A stretch of DNA of 45,213 nt. Origin: Catajapyx aquilonaris (taxonomy: Eukaryota). Under the pieces are notes generated by a model. The model was not told where the DNA came from and did no database searches. It saw only the letters and a program-made list of their open reading frames with translations. Both the position numbers and the translations under genes were made by a program. Each line of letters starts with the position of its first letter. The first letter of the stretch is position 1. Of this stretch, positions 1-14,325 are shown piece by piece. The stretch is taken from NCBI GenBank assembly GCA_000934665.2, contig KZ538834.1:1-45213 (forward strand), written 5' to 3'.

Positions 1-3000
1 CTAGCACAAACAATACAGCTGCAGTAGCTGTCATTTTTTTTACAATTTCATAATGGATCAGAATTCTTGTTTGATCCCATAAAAGTAAACAATATTGCGG
101 TTGTAGATAAGCACTGCTTATTTGCTCAGTTCCGATTCGCATTGGAATCTCATTTAACCAAAACCCAGTGGTCATTGTTTTCAAATACAGGTTACAACAT
201 CTAGAACGAGAGAATCACGTGAAAATGTGATGAAAGCTTCTCTGCACGCACGCACAAAATTGATTGAATGGAGCAGAATTAACCTGAATACAACCCCTCG
301 ATCCAGCCGCGTGCAAGAGAGGATTAACTTCCTAGCCTCAGCCCTACTCTGAGAGCATCAAAATGGAAAATTCGTCCAACCGCACTATCCAATTGTGTTC
401 ATCACTAATAATATTAATGCGCCCAACACTCATTAACATGGCTCGAACCAGAATTTACAAAAGTTTCCTTTTATTGCCGCCACGAGCCTTGTTTCAAAGG
501 CTGAATATCAGATGATGGTGACATTCTTCCCCAAGTCACGAGCTGTACTTACTCTTCTCTCTCCCCCCAAGTCTTTCGTTCCCTTTTTCCTCTCGCTAAC
601 AGCCTTTTCTCCCCCTTTCCGAACCACTACCCTATCTGGCTTTTCCCAGGAAGAAATCCATCGTCGAAACCCCTACCAAAATCCTTCTTTTCTTCCAGGA
701 TTTCGTGCATTGCACTGACGAATCACATTTACTGATGAAAGCCATGTTAAAAAAATAAAGCCCATTGCCAATTACTCCAAGAATTCAGGGACTTGCATAA
801 TTAGTAATTACAGATTGAATCCGACAAACAAACTCGACTTATAAAGGGTTGAACAACCTGTTGACAAAAACATAGCTGGAAGGGGGTGCGCTTATTATTT
901 ATATTTCTGGATGGAAAGGGCTGATAACAAGATATAGAGTTGCATCATTAGGCCCATGTAGAACCGGCAAAGTTCAAGCTCATTTCGTGGAGGTTGAACC
1001 CGTGTCCTGAGGGAAAGCCAACATTTCCAGTTGACATCTTCAGTTCCCTGAGCGTAATCTACATTGCATGAGGTAGTGGATGACGACGCCTCCCGTGCTG
1101 TATAATGGCCCTGTCCTTCCGGATCATTTACACACATATACCAAGCTGGACCTCAGATAATGTACAGCGTGAGTCAAAACTGCCGGAATTACTCTGCAGA
1201 ACAGGATCCTTTGGGATAAAATTGGCAGCTTCCAATTCCCTGGCTACCAGCCTTGCCCACTGATTGCGTCTCGAAGGCAATCTGCCAATTCCAGCCTCCT
1301 CTCAGAGTGTTAATAATTTCCCAACAGGTTGCGCCTGTCGCTCTTCCTTTTCTCGAAACATTGCCGTTTTCTCGTTTCCACACTCCTCCTTTTTTTAAGG
1401 ACAAGAGAAGGATTGGGAATTGCTTCTTCCTGCTATAGTCCTAGGTTCATCTCTAGTTCCTGTTTGCCTAGCTTTGATTTACCTGCTACCCACATCCGGC
1501 CTTGGGACTTGATTAGACAGGAATGGACCTGAAATCTGGGTCATTATGGAGCGTCGCTTCGGGCCATGACTGTGCAGATCTGTCGCCAAAAGGACTGCGC
1601 TGCAATATTCTTTCTGTTCTAACTGTATGCGGCGTCTCTTTGTTCTCGGCGACATCGTTAGAACTCAGCACTGCAGTGTTACATCAAATAAACTTTTATA
1701 ACAAGCTGATTTAATGCGACTGCAAAGGTCAGCTGACTTATTTGCTTTCATACATGACAATAATGATATCAAATGAATAAAAATCAAGGTGACTTATGCA
1801 ATGCGTCCCCTTTATAACTCGCCACGTATGGCTTATTTGGCGTAAACATCAGTGTTTACTTTTAATAGTTTGTTAGCCTGCATATCGATTTTTGGTCAGC
1901 TCTAATAGGTTGACATAGGGAGTTAATCACGTCATAATTCATAATAGTAACAGGCCTAACTTTTAATTTGCAGAGTTGTTCCCAAAAAAAAAATTGTGAA
2001 GGACGTCATGTTAGGCGACGCCGATAAATTACATGCTCTACTTATTATAAAATGAAATCTGCGATGAACAGGAGGCGCACGTTGCCGAGTAGCGGTACAA
2101 TGATCGCGCTGTTGAATGAAACTGCGAATAATAGGAGAGCTGGCTTTTCCATCGGATCAGTGCAACGTGGCGCACATGCACTGCGAAATATTTGGGCAAC
2201 GTTTTTCGTCTGACTGGCACCGAATCATAGCCATTCCATTAAATCTGGCTGACGATTACAAAATACCGTTAACTACAGATCAATACATTTGGGATAGGGC
2301 GGGAAAATCGGATTTGCAAAAAGTTCTCATGCGCCGTGGCACACCGCAAAATGATAAAATCAAGCTCGCATCAGTTTAACAAGTGCACAAAATTAATCCG
2401 ACCTAATCCTACCAGTCAATAATAACATAGCAAAAAATGCTACTCGCCTTTAAGGGAAAATCTGCATTTTAAAACATCAAGTTGAGATTACATTGCGACT
2501 ATATCTGAGCGCTGCTGAGGTCACACAATTACAATTTTTAAATATCAGAAAAAACTTAATATACTGCCTAGCCATATTTTACACACTCATGCTTCACGAA
2601 TTTTTTAAAATTCTGTAATGACTATTATTTTGTCAATATCAGTAGTGGAAAATTTCATATGCACATGTAGCCTTTGGATCAATTTCTCTACGAGGAGATA
2701 TTGGTTTATTCTCTGGAAAATAGGATAACAAAAGCAGAGTTAGCTCTGTTTTTGTTGTCCTCATTCAATTTAATTCCAACTTTCAAAATCTACTTCAATA
2801 ATCTTCATTTTCAATTTTCCATTGCACATTAAATTTAGCCACTCTACCGGATGTAACCAAAGTCAGTTCAGATCTGCATCAATGGAAATCTGTAGTAACT
2901 TAGTATGTGTAGACCTAAGCATTTGAACAATATTGTTCATTTCAGCGGATTCTTCAAGGGTTGATTTTGATGACGTAGTCGTAGTGGAAGGAGTTTGTGT

Positions 3001-4166
3001 TGTTTCATTTATCATGAGTCGCGTAACGTGCATTCGAAATCGACATCGTTTAGTAATCCTCCGGTTGTGCAGCTTGTCTCGACAGCGACAAAGAGTGTTG
3101 GTCCAAATGCCTCGCACTTCACATCCACTCAGGGGTCTCTCACTTGCCATTCTGGATGGCTCCAGTGGTGCCAGCAGCTCTCCCGCGCTATCTGACAAAG
3201 GAGCCTCATACCCCATTCACCTCAGGGTAACCAGATGCAGCGGCACTTCACAGCCAGCCAGCTCATGCATGAAAAGATGGCTCCCTAACTATACTCGGAG
3301 CAGATCTAGATGTATAATATACAGAAGGCAGCAGCAGACACAGCCCAGGCTTGATTCATTCCAGCCCGCAGCTTCTTCTGCCACGCTTATCCGGACTCCT
3401 ATACTTTGCTAACCAGCTCTCTGCAATTTCGCCTAGTTCAGACTCAACCCTCATTTACCTAAGTGCAGGTTTCAGGTCGTCATCTGGAAACAGTTGGTCG
3501 TTACTATTTTGTATACTTCGGATGGATTACTACTCAACCATTCCACAGTACCTTGTATTAAGTGCAGTCGTAAATATGCTCGGGGACCGGAATATTGCCG
3601 CGTTTTCGTGTAGAATTATCATAATTACGCGGCTTTATACTTGATTGGCGGTAAAAATTATTAGGGTAATATACGGCTTCTGTATCTGGTTCTGTTGGTC
3701 CGGCAGACTACGATTGTGTGAATATCCGAAATATTTATATGGTACCACAAACCTGATAGGAGCAGCTGTTTGTGACATATTGATTGTCTATTACGGCAAA
3801 CCTAATTACACCGCAGTTATGGTGGGAGTTGCATTTGCTGTACTTGTCATGATTCACCGGATATATTTTTTTACATGCACTGTATGGTACTTCACGTGTA
3901 TAACATAGTTTTGAAAAGCAGATTACATGCCACTTTTTAGTGAAGATGATTTTCCGTAGGTAATTACGATTTCAACTAAAATATTAATTTTCATAAGAAA
4001 CCAATTTGCAAAATGCATTGAGTAGGCCTACTTTCTCTGCTAAAAATGAAGACCCCCGAATGTACCGAATTTATTTTGTGCGAGTGAGGCTAGTTTTATT
4101 CGTGTAATTTTTTTTAAACATTCAAAAATCCAATTTTAATTGAATTTTTTAAAGTTTGGTTTTGAA

Positions 4167-4214
4167 AGCAGGTTCTAATCAGAAGCTTTAAAAAGCTTCT
4201 GAGTAAAACCTGCT
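4167..4214. repeat. Imperfect palindrome (23-bp arms, 2-nt spacer)
   Basis: AGCAGGTTCTAATCAGAAGCTTT-aa-AAAGCTTCTGAGTAAAACCTGCT; the arms are reverse complements with 2 mismatches. Confidence 0.8.
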
Positions 4215-5249
4215 GATATGAATCTGTGCCTGTACCTCTATAATTTCATGTTTAAAATGGAATTTACCAAGTTTTCTTAGCTGAAGTTTTCAAACTACAT
4301 CCTGAGCCTCTTTGTAGCTTACCTCGCTAATTAAAAGTACATTAGTAAACTTTGAAAGTCTACCTTATAGGTCATTTGCAGATTTTCTCCTTGGTGTACG
4401 TATATTACTTGCAAGGTCCGTGCCATGGTTTGGACTCTTTGGAGTGGTTGTATTATAGGATGTTCAAACATGTTCTAATTGGAATTTCTCTATCTATAAG
4501 ACTACAATAATGGCAGTTTATAAGCTGGTTCAGCAATAAGTTTAAGTGAGGCATATTGTAGCACTCAGACCATGGTCAGGATTTTTCACCGAGTGACGTT
4601 CACTTGTTTCGCGGCCCTCACCTATTTTGATTGTTTGTGTAAAACGATCTGATAATACTTAAAACTATATGAATTGCAATAAAATTAATCTTACACAGTA
4701 CATAGAGAGGAGTATTTCAAGATTATTTTGATAAGAAGGGGAGGCAGAATAGTAGGCTACACAAGCCTGAACTCCAAACTTTCAAAGTTGTGCTCACTGC
4801 TTGTATACGTGATCCCCCCAGTAGAGTTCATAATTTAGTTTGTTCCTTCTGGAAATTGCAGTCAAACTATGGAAGAGTTTTTGGGAGACAAAAAGGAGTA
4901 GGCTCCCTGAGTTTAGGCCGGCTTTTGAGTAACAATACAAGGGAGCATTCTTCCTTGAACAGCGAATAAAAACGAGTAATACTGATTGGCTGTTTCCATC
5001 TCTTTTTCTTAACCTTTGAAGTTGGCTGTAAAAGGAAAGCCCTGAGATGCATAACAATAGGGAGCATGTGATGAACTTTTTACGGCCTTTTGACTGCTGT
5101 ATGTAGAAGCAAAATTCTTTCCATAGAATTCTCATATATTGATATCGGGACGTATGAAGAAAGTTTGACATAAGAAAATTGTTGACTGTTCGACTCAATT
5201 AATTATTACCGGTATGTCTGTTATTTTAAATTGTATCCGCAATTTCTGG

Positions 5250-5400
5250 CGTACTATTTATGCAATCCAGTGCATATGAATCATGTCCCAGCTCAAAAAC
5301 AGCGGAATTGGAGAGGGGAAAATTCTGCGAAAAAACGTCTAAAAATAACTGGCTTGCCCTATAGAGCGGAAACCACAAGGAAATCTACATAAATAGTACG
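5250..5400. mobile_element. Putative degenerate MITE (13-bp inverted repeats)
   Basis: CGTACTATTTATG (5250-5262) and its perfect reverse complement CATAAATAGTACG (5388-5400); no clear TSD. Confidence 0.4.
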
Positions 5401-6170
5401 ACGAGCTTCGACCATGCTACATGAAATATACATGCGCAACATTCATAGTCCCGAGGTTAAACCTAACAAAAGCTGTATAAGTTTTACGCCCGAGCAAATT
5501 TCCCCCCCTCTTTCTTGCCAGTCTCAGGCCCATTTGTCCGTTCTGATAGGCCATACATGTCCGTTGGACATCTTTCAACTGGCCGTATAATACCGTCTGT
5601 AATGGACGCCGGAAAAGAAGGAATTCGCTCTCACTTTTCTGGACCCAGCAGAGCTTTCCGGGAGACAAAATCGAAAATCCTTTTTTCTTTTCTGGAAGAA
5701 GTTTCCCGGAAACAGATGGCTTGGAAAGACATCGACCTTCTTGTGTTATTCAAAGCCCAATGAAAAAATACGAGTCTCCTCATGCAGATAACATTTTCTA
5801 TTAGTTTTTCCTTCCTCTATCCGCCCCTTTTTTTGTTGTTCAAAAAGGCCAATAGTACATTCCGGGGGAGCTCCCTGGGTCGCATTTCTGGCCTCAGAGG
5901 ATTATTGGCGTTTCATTCAGGGGCGGTAAAGCAATCCGGCATTGTCAGGTTAATTGCCTCCCAGCTGAATTTTACTAACAGGGCAGGGCTATAAAGGGAC
6001 ACCCCGAATGGCCCTGTCGATGTTCCTCATTCCGTCAGACCCGGAGAAACCTTGTGATGTCGATAGTCTCGGACAGATGGAGCCACGAGCAACGAATGGA
6101 AAAAGCTCGCTCTTAGTCCCTCAGCACGTTTGTCCCATCTGGTGGCCAACATCAGCACTGCCAGCAACTC

Positions 6171-6226
6171 TACGGTAACTGTACGCGCAATGACGTAATT
6201 GTACATTACGCGTTACAGTTACCGTA
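6171..6226. repeat. Hairpin/inverted repeat (tiny TA-flanked MITE or hairpin RNA)
   Basis: TACGGTAACTGTA...TACAGTTACCGTA perfect 13-bp arms, extended inward by CGCG/CGCG and AATG/CATT. Confidence 0.7.
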
Positions 6227-7615
6227 AGTGTAAGTACAGGGTGGTTGACCTCTCAAAGCTTACACTTCAAAATTGGGGAGGAAAGTTGTGGTTTGTTCAT
6301 TCCAACAACATGCACAAAAAAAAGCAACTTGGTTTCTGGGGTGAACAATCCAGAACCATCAGCAATTAGAATCGCCACATGTTACACAACTGGACGCGTT
6401 TATTACAATCAAAAATTGTAAATGGGCCCCTACATTAATACGGGTTACATCACTCTCAATAGCAATGAGCAAATTAATGCCTATAAGTGTAATTTACTTT
6501 CGCCTTTAGGTAATAAAGACAAGTTGTCCACCAACAGGGCACTCGTGCTGCTTAAGTTAAAGGCCAATGGACCTTACTGTAATACGTTTGGCAGGATGTG
6601 AGCTTTCCCACGGCGTGTACAACTTATGCAGAGTGAAATGCCCGTGGCATTGAACCAACTTTACAACTAACTGCCTCTGTGTATATGCATGTGCAGCTCG
6701 CGTGAACCTGCTCTTGACGTCGGGTCGGCTGTTTCAACATCTATAGACTTGCGCTATACCTTTACTAAAATATCATACCCTTTCCGACAACCTTTCCCAA
6801 CCAATTCATGTGCAACTTTTATGGGACCGAGGATGGATTAGGCCGTACCCTGCACGCAAATCGCATAAGGTCAACTTTCTAGCAATATCCTGCTCACAAG
6901 GTGTTCCATAAGCTTGTTATAATCATCCTTAGTTATCCAGAAAGGTGGAAATGTTCCGCTCCGATTCACTCTCCCGACTTGCGACACCGACAATAATGAA
7001 TTATTTGCGCTTATATTCCCCCGTCGACCTTGTCGCCACCGCAACTTCATTACGACCAAGTCCCCTGTCACTTGTGTGCACCCGTCCAGTCGCATCAGTT
7101 TTAAAGGGGTCCATTTAATTTAAACCCTACATCCCAAGGCTCTAAGAACGGATTGGTTTCGAGGAGTTTACGAGAGAAGCTGCTCGTGAAATACGGGATT
7201 TATGTGCTATTCGTATAACAATACAACAGAATTCCACTCTTATTATGAACCTGGTCCATTCTTATACGGCTGATATATTACCTCCTTTTGTATCATAGGC
7301 TAATTTTAAGCTTTGATGAGGAAACCTTTGCACCTGTTTTCCCCTGAAAATGTGAAGCTCCAACCATCCGTTGCACGTTATATAGGTTTCGATACTATAG
7401 TCTGCTCTGGAGATGGCGCATAATCGGAGAAACTAGATTCACAGATCGTGCAGCAAATTACTGGAATGATTTACATGCTGAAACAGCCCAGAGGAATAAA
7501 GCGAGTGGGATTGAGTTGGAATACTAATTCATCGGTGGCAATGTCGTATCGATTGGAAATAACATGGTTTTTTGCAGAGTTCAGACCCCTTTTTTTCAGT
7601 GATAATATCGCTTAC

Positions 7616-7670
7616 CTTCGCATTTCTTTCCAGCACCCTCGGGATCTTTTCAATAAAGGAATTTTTTTTG
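7616..7670 (-). other. Candidate 55-nt internal exon of an unidentified minus-strand gene
   Basis: Minus strand: gcttttttccag|CAAAAAAAATTCC...AATGCGAAG|gtaagc, with strong acceptor and donor; open frame KKNSFIEKIPRVLERNAK. Confidence 0.3.
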
Positions 7671-10600
7671 CTGGAAAAAAGCTTTTGCAATCTTGCGGAA
7701 GTCCTTGTCATTTCCCAACGCATCCACATAAATCCATTGGTGGCCTAGGGGGGACGCGGTCGGTTTTAAAGCCGATCTGTCCACAGATTCACCTTTAATT
7801 CGTGGCACGAACCTGGTCGAACTGGCCTTTGACCCGTTCGTATATCTTATGAAAGTGTCTTTTCTGCCCCCAAACCCCCGTTTCTAGAAGGGGGGAAAAG
7901 TGCGAGCGTGGAATTCCCAAAAACTCCTTTTTATACACACTGGAGACCTAGCCCCGGTCTTATATCACACGGTTGACTTGAACAACCACCTTTTTTTTTG
8001 CCCTCCCACCTACCCACTGGTTTCAATTTATTACCTTTCCAACAGGGGAATAGGTGTGTATGGGAGCCATATCGATCTGCAAGCCCCTGTTACCAACGGT
8101 GGCCTGGCAAAGGCGAGCTTTATGCTAATGAAGGCTTGTGTTCCTTCTCTGGAGCACTGGAATTTGGAGAAATGTAGGTTCCCCCTAAGGGTTTGCTTCC
8201 AGTTCTACATATGCCACCATTGCAGCTATTACACTGTACCCATCATTTTGGAACTATTTTAAGCACGTGGACGCGGAGTGATATTTTTATTGCAACAAAA
8301 TGGCGTCAAATTTAGTGAGGAAATCAAATGGGGCAGGCCGGACATAGCATCCGTTTGGCGTGGGCTGCTACAGTAATTGCCTCTTCTCCTGAGGCCGGAT
8401 TGGGTTCTCTGTCGGTACAAGAGTCCTCGTCAACATCGTTCTCCTTCCGTTCGATTCCTGCCCCCTTTCCTTTTGAGTCGTCCTCCTTCCTAAAGAAACC
8501 AATTTGACAGGGTTTCCACACCGCAATATCCAGGCTTCCGTGGAAAGTGGGAGGAGAGGGTGGGGTTTTAGGGAAAGGAGAGGAAAAAAAACCCGACTCT
8601 GGAGAGAGAGGCTTTTTGAAAAAGGACCGGAAATTTGTTTTATTATTTTCTCCTACCAGAAAACCATATTGAAGGACCCTTTTGAATCCGAAGCAATTTC
8701 CACCATGCTGCAACGTTTAATCACGTTCTGTAGTTTGGAGGCCTGGTGGATGACCTAGTTCGTGCAAATTCTCTCGTGTCAACAAAGCTCAAACAAAGGA
8801 GATCAACACTGCGAATCGGCGATAACCACTGCGCATGTTCAGTAATATTCATAACTCTTTTTATTCCTCTGGGGACACTCTTATTTGGTCTGAACGAATT
8901 TTTCATTGCAGCCTGTACCCAGCAGGACGTCATATTTAATAATCCTATCTGGCAGTTCGTGCTGACAAAATAAGGTGTAAAAGGCGTGTACTATAAAAGG
9001 GTATTGTGGGAGTCACACCCATACGTGCGTGACAGCTAAATTCGTGCCCAAAATGATGGCACGTCATTGGGTGTACCTCGTTGCATCGGCTGGGTATTAT
9101 TCACACTGGTTCCTCTCTCAACACCGTTATTGTTGCTATCAAACCATCTCGTTTTAGGTAATATGTCATAATTAATAGTGGATTCAATGAGCGCACACAG
9201 CTCTATTAATACCCTGTACTCTATATAGCATTCAGCGCTTTAATTCGGCAGTTATTTAATTTCTCATTGACGCACCGGGGGGAGTGCAACCTGTATGCAG
9301 TTTAGTTCCGCATTTGAACTTCTGCAGTGATGCTGCTAATCGTTAAATAATTCGCAAACGTGGGGAGGACCGCAGTTCCGAATCGCTGCGAAACTCACAA
9401 ACCATGCAGATTCATGTGTATAGATCCGTCATGGCTTCTTCTCATAGTTGGCACTGGTGATTAGGTGGGCGTGACCGCATTTTGCATAATCGTCCATCAC
9501 AGTAAAGTGCAAAAATTTTCAACCACTGCACTGTGATGCAATAATGAACCTCTATCGACTTCCTTAATAGTGTATGATGTGGGAAGCAGGAAAAATGAAT
9601 ATTCATAAGTCCCAACCTTGGAAGGCCTCGAAAAAGGGTAATATTATAATCAGAATCTACCGCAAAATATTCGCTGTTATTATTTGGCAGCACATAGCCA
9701 TTTAATCCGGATCCGACCCATAAACTGCAAAATGTCACGTCCCTAGCTTGAAATCAATAGCAAAATCCTCCCACATCCCCCCCTGAAAAACACCTCCCAG
9801 AAGACAACTTGCTTCAGCAACTTGCAAAATATTGACGCCCCCTCACATCATAGCCCTAGGGCTATAGGATCAATCTGATCCCTACTGTGATCCAACAGCG
9901 CACACATTTTGCGTATAGAAGACTGTCGCATGCAGCAAATTCTGCAGAGTTTGGGTCGGGGTTAATTCCACGGTTCAAGTATCTGAAAATAAGTGAACCT
10001 TGGTGCAAATAGTGGGGGGCTTACTTTTCCTGATCCCCATAGACTCGTCTATTGATCGGCTCCCTGATGATGACACTAGTTGTGTATAGACCTTCAGGGT
10101 GAGGCACATTTTTTTTCAAAGTTTCATTGGCTGGTTTTACACACGTCAGATATTTGCATAATGAGTTAATTAGATGCAATGGTTGGGTGTGCGAAAAATT
10201 GATGATGTGAGGCATTAGATGTGCAATCTGAAAGATTTATGTGGCGCTTCACATTGTCGGGTAGTTTTGCATATGTGCAGTTCTAGGCCAGCTCAGGTGA
10301 TGTCCCGCATTTTCGATCAATCGTAGTGCGCAGACTCGACGCCGGAATTTTGTCGATGGCTGCGAATTTGGGCAGAAAATGCCAAAATGCGTTTGACCTA
10401 CTTTGCCATTCCAAAGTTTGCAAAGTTATGTCTCCCCAAAACTTTTAGAGGACGTCTGATTCCGAATTGCTTTTTACAGCACCCTTTATTGCAGTACAAA
10501 CGATGGAGATTTATTTTACATCTTTCCTCCTTTAGCTTCTTCATGTTAGTCTAATGCGTGCAAACTAGATCCTCCCCCGACTACCATTCAAAGAGATTTA

Positions 10601-13600
10601 TTAATCAGTAAATTTGAAGGCGATAAGGGGCCGTCATTAAAATGATCCGGACCAAAACCCTTAGCAACTCCTCCTCTTCACGCAAGCCTGGTATATTCAA
10701 ACGCCAATTCGATTTGCATGATGGGGGTCATTTATTTATTCGGCCAATTTGTTCCGTGCCATATAAATAGGCCACGCTGATTAGCTCTACATACACTGTC
10801 CGCCTTCGCCAACGAAATGCATTGTCTCGCTGCATAATTGTACAAGGCGGTGATTTTTATAGCCTTCCATTAAAGATTATTGATAGCACACTTCGGATAG
10901 AACGATTTCCTTGTTCAGTTAATTTATTTTTAATTTCATAATAATTGGTGAACACTAGGCAATATTAAGCATATAAATAATTATTTCGCTCTAATCTGGC
11001 GTACAGTATTGTCTCACAGGGGACTCTTGCATATATGCAATTACCGTTTGCGCAATGAGGATGTGCTTTAATTTGCAGGGCAATAAAGCCACGATATCAG
11101 TACGGCTTACAGCAAATACTACAGTAAAATTGCTCGTTTTTTCACCTCTTTGAAAATGGGCTGTAGGCCCAACGATTTTGCGAGTTCGTTGCGAGTGAAT
11201 TCGCCCTTCCGTGCATTAGCGCGAACCACTAATGAACGGCCAGGTTTTAATTAATCACGTCGCAGTTCTTTGAAGAGAGGGGCTTCAGGGTCAACATGTA
11301 ACTCCCTTGTGTCGCTCGAAAACCATCATTCTCCTTATTAAAAACCACCAGGCTCGATCCATCAACCCCCTGGATTGTCCCTACCGTAAACAAGAGGTGA
11401 GTTTGCTTTCATTCAAGTTTCAGTAGCCTCCAACCTCTCTCTGTACAAAAAAATAAGAGGAGGAATCGACCTCTTCCGGCTTTTACCCCTCATCACGCAG
11501 ACTTGTACCTTGTCACGATACTCATGCCGTGACGACTCACACTACCTGCTCCATCAAGCCAAGAAGGTTCTCCGTGAGAATCCTTCCCAATAATCACCAC
11601 ACACAACCGCTAAGAAGCTCGTGTGATTTTTTTGCAAAAATCGCAAGGAGCGGTCGTAATTTGCGAATTCTGTCGTGATCTGTCAACTTTATGCAATCAA
11701 GCACGGAAATTAGGTTCGGCGGATGAAAATATCCTTAGCTATAAATTAATAGAACGGTGCTCAAGGCCATTCAGGCTGCCATCTACATGCTGGAAGGCAG
11801 GATATCGATTTTATGTGCTAAAAAGAGGCTTCGTATGTTATTATACTGACCTATTTCTAGGCCATGAAGTCGACCCAAATTATTAATGAACTCTAGTTGT
11901 GGACCGCCCACCATTTCCATTACTGTTGAAGCTAGCAGACCTATTTGTTCCAAATTGGTATCAATTGGCCTGAGATTAACTCTGGGAAAGTTCAATCCAA
12001 AAAAATATCCACAAAAATATATTTGGAGGTCCAATTTCAAATATTTGGTCTCTTGTTCTCCTGGTTCGTTCAATTGAGAGCAACTTTGCACTGATTGGAA
12101 ACAAAGGTCACGTCTATGTTTTCTGGGTCCCTGAACACTGCGGTAGTACAATACATGGCTGCAGATTCTCCCATCTGGATACATCCTTGCTGGGCCCGAA
12201 TCAATATCAGGCGCCCTCCTTCCACCCTGGTCCTAACTTGGGGCAGCCCAATTCTCTCGCCCTTTTTTTTTGGGGTGGTCCTGCCCTCGACTGGGAACCT
12301 GTCCACAGCTTGAGTCCATCGAGTGTGTGTGTTTTGGTGAAGACAGAGGCCAAGGTTGGGTCATAAAAACAGAGGGTAAACTCCCTGATGATTACGTCTA
12401 TTTATGTTGACGTAATAGGTTTGCGTGTTATGTGGACAGGTCAAGGTCCGGCCGATTTATGTAATGAGTAATGATAGGAGACATGCATACATATTGCAAA
12501 CGTCATGACCAATTCACTTTTATTACAGAGCTGTGTCCATCTGATCTGTCTGATTACACAGTAACGAGATAAAAATACACAGCTAGTGTGCAGATGATTG
12601 GGTTATTTTTTGTGTTTTAAAAGAAACAAGAGTTCGAGATAGATCGGTTCACAATATTCCTCTAGTTGTCACTACACACTTTTCAGAAACCCCAACTCTT
12701 ACGTACAACAACTCACACTTCCACTTCGCTATATAAAAGCAGCCTTCCAATAAACAAACGGTCGCTGCTGTGCGAAAAACCACAAAATGCAACCCCTTCA
12801 ACCAAAACAAAAAAAACAAAAAAAAATCAGGAAACTGTCAGCTCAGTTGCACATAAATTTTTTTATCCCTCAGATAAATGCAATTTGGCATTAAGACCCG
12901 ATATTTTGTTCACTTCAAAAAGTACCCGTGAGTTTGACCACGTGCAAGAGGGAAAGGTTTTTTTTTTAAACAAGCAGGAACAGAAGCTGAGGCAGGCTTT
13001 GTCTATTCAGAAGAATCAGCAAGGTTTTTGAACTCACGTACTGTACACCTGATCCCAAGCATTTTCCTTCGCCAATCAATACAGCTCTCGCACAGGTAGA
13101 AGCGGAACTGCTTCACAGGGTCACGGCCCCCTTCCATTTTTATTGCTTTAGTATTATTATCACATGAATAAACCTGCCCCTTACCCTGCTTTGGAAATGA
13201 AAAAAAAATGTAAGCAACTGGCTAACAGCGGATTGCTGGTTCGTGGTCGCATTATTGGCTATAAAAAATAATCGAACATTCTCTGGCATAAACACCCGGG
13301 CTGTACATCTTTCTTTTTGTGTGTATTATGTCAAGGGTGTAAACAAACCTCTTCTTCCAAGCTGAATCACCTCAACGACCTTACAGATAAGGTTATGCTT
13401 AACAGTAAGTACCACAGTTATGCTAAAACCACTCTCCTAGAAACAATTATCAATTTCCTCTACGGCGATAATTACGAGACCAGAACTGCCTTGTACTTCC
13501 GTTCCCATCACAATATGCCCAGCAGCATTCCCCACTAATGACTCTTTTAGTTGCTACTCATTTCAGCTTGAATTTTTCCAAAAGAAACATTCGAGGTCGT

Positions 13601-14207
13601 TTTGCAACAATGCAGAAAAAAAACATAATAATATTTGGCCTCAGTATTGGCTTCTTATGTGACATACACACACACTCCCCCCCTGTATAGTCGCGAAATA
13701 TGAATAAATAATGGCTCGTATCCTCGTTCAGTGCAACTTCCTTTTAGCAGACACTCCCGGGACGGAAAATTCAATGATGATTAATTAGTCAGCAGGGCCG
13801 GTACAGTGCTATGTACGCAGAGTACCGCACCGATCCAATTAGGAAAAAAACAACCCGTGTGTCTGACAAAGCAACCTGCACTTTTAAACCCCCCTAAAAA
13901 CATATAAATATTAAAGATTTCCGCCAAAAAAAACAGTGCACCATGATCTAATCCACAAAAAAAATTAACAGGTCAGTGTAGCACCTCTCCGGAAAAACAA
14001 ACAATTTTAGAGGCCTATTCTACAAGTCCGGTTTCACCAAAAGACTGCTGGGCATCATCTTCTTCATCGTCTCCGCTTAACAGTGAGTGTCCAAGAGCAG
14101 TTTGGAGAATCGGAAGACCCGGAAGCAGGCCAGGCCGTGTCTTGCCCTCTCTCGGACGTCCGGGCTCCGTGGCGGGTACAAACCCGCGGGTAAGGACAGC
14201 TCCTCAC

Positions 14208-14325
14208 CTTCACCGACGCCCTTCTTCGGCGTCGACGGCTGACTTCCACTGCTGGAACCATCAGACTTCCTGGCTTTCACCTGGCTCGAAACCATCTTGC
14301 AGGCCAGTAGATGGTGGTGGACCAT
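14208..14325 (-). CDS. Candidate alternative first coding exon (Ser-rich, low complexity)
   Basis: GC-rich ATG-initiated frame MVHHHLLACKMVSSQVKARKSDGSSSGSQPSTPKKGVGE followed by donor-like GAAG|GTGAGG; no recognised domain. Confidence 0.25.

Noticed and set aside
1069..3260. Partial matches to let-7 (TGAGGTAG near 1069) and miR-2 (TCACAGCCAGC near 3248)
   Set aside because: Only the seed region matches and there is no precursor hairpin
9850..9882. 16-bp perfect palindrome ATAGCCCTAGGGCTAT with an adjacent small hairpin
   Set aside because: Too short to distinguish from chance
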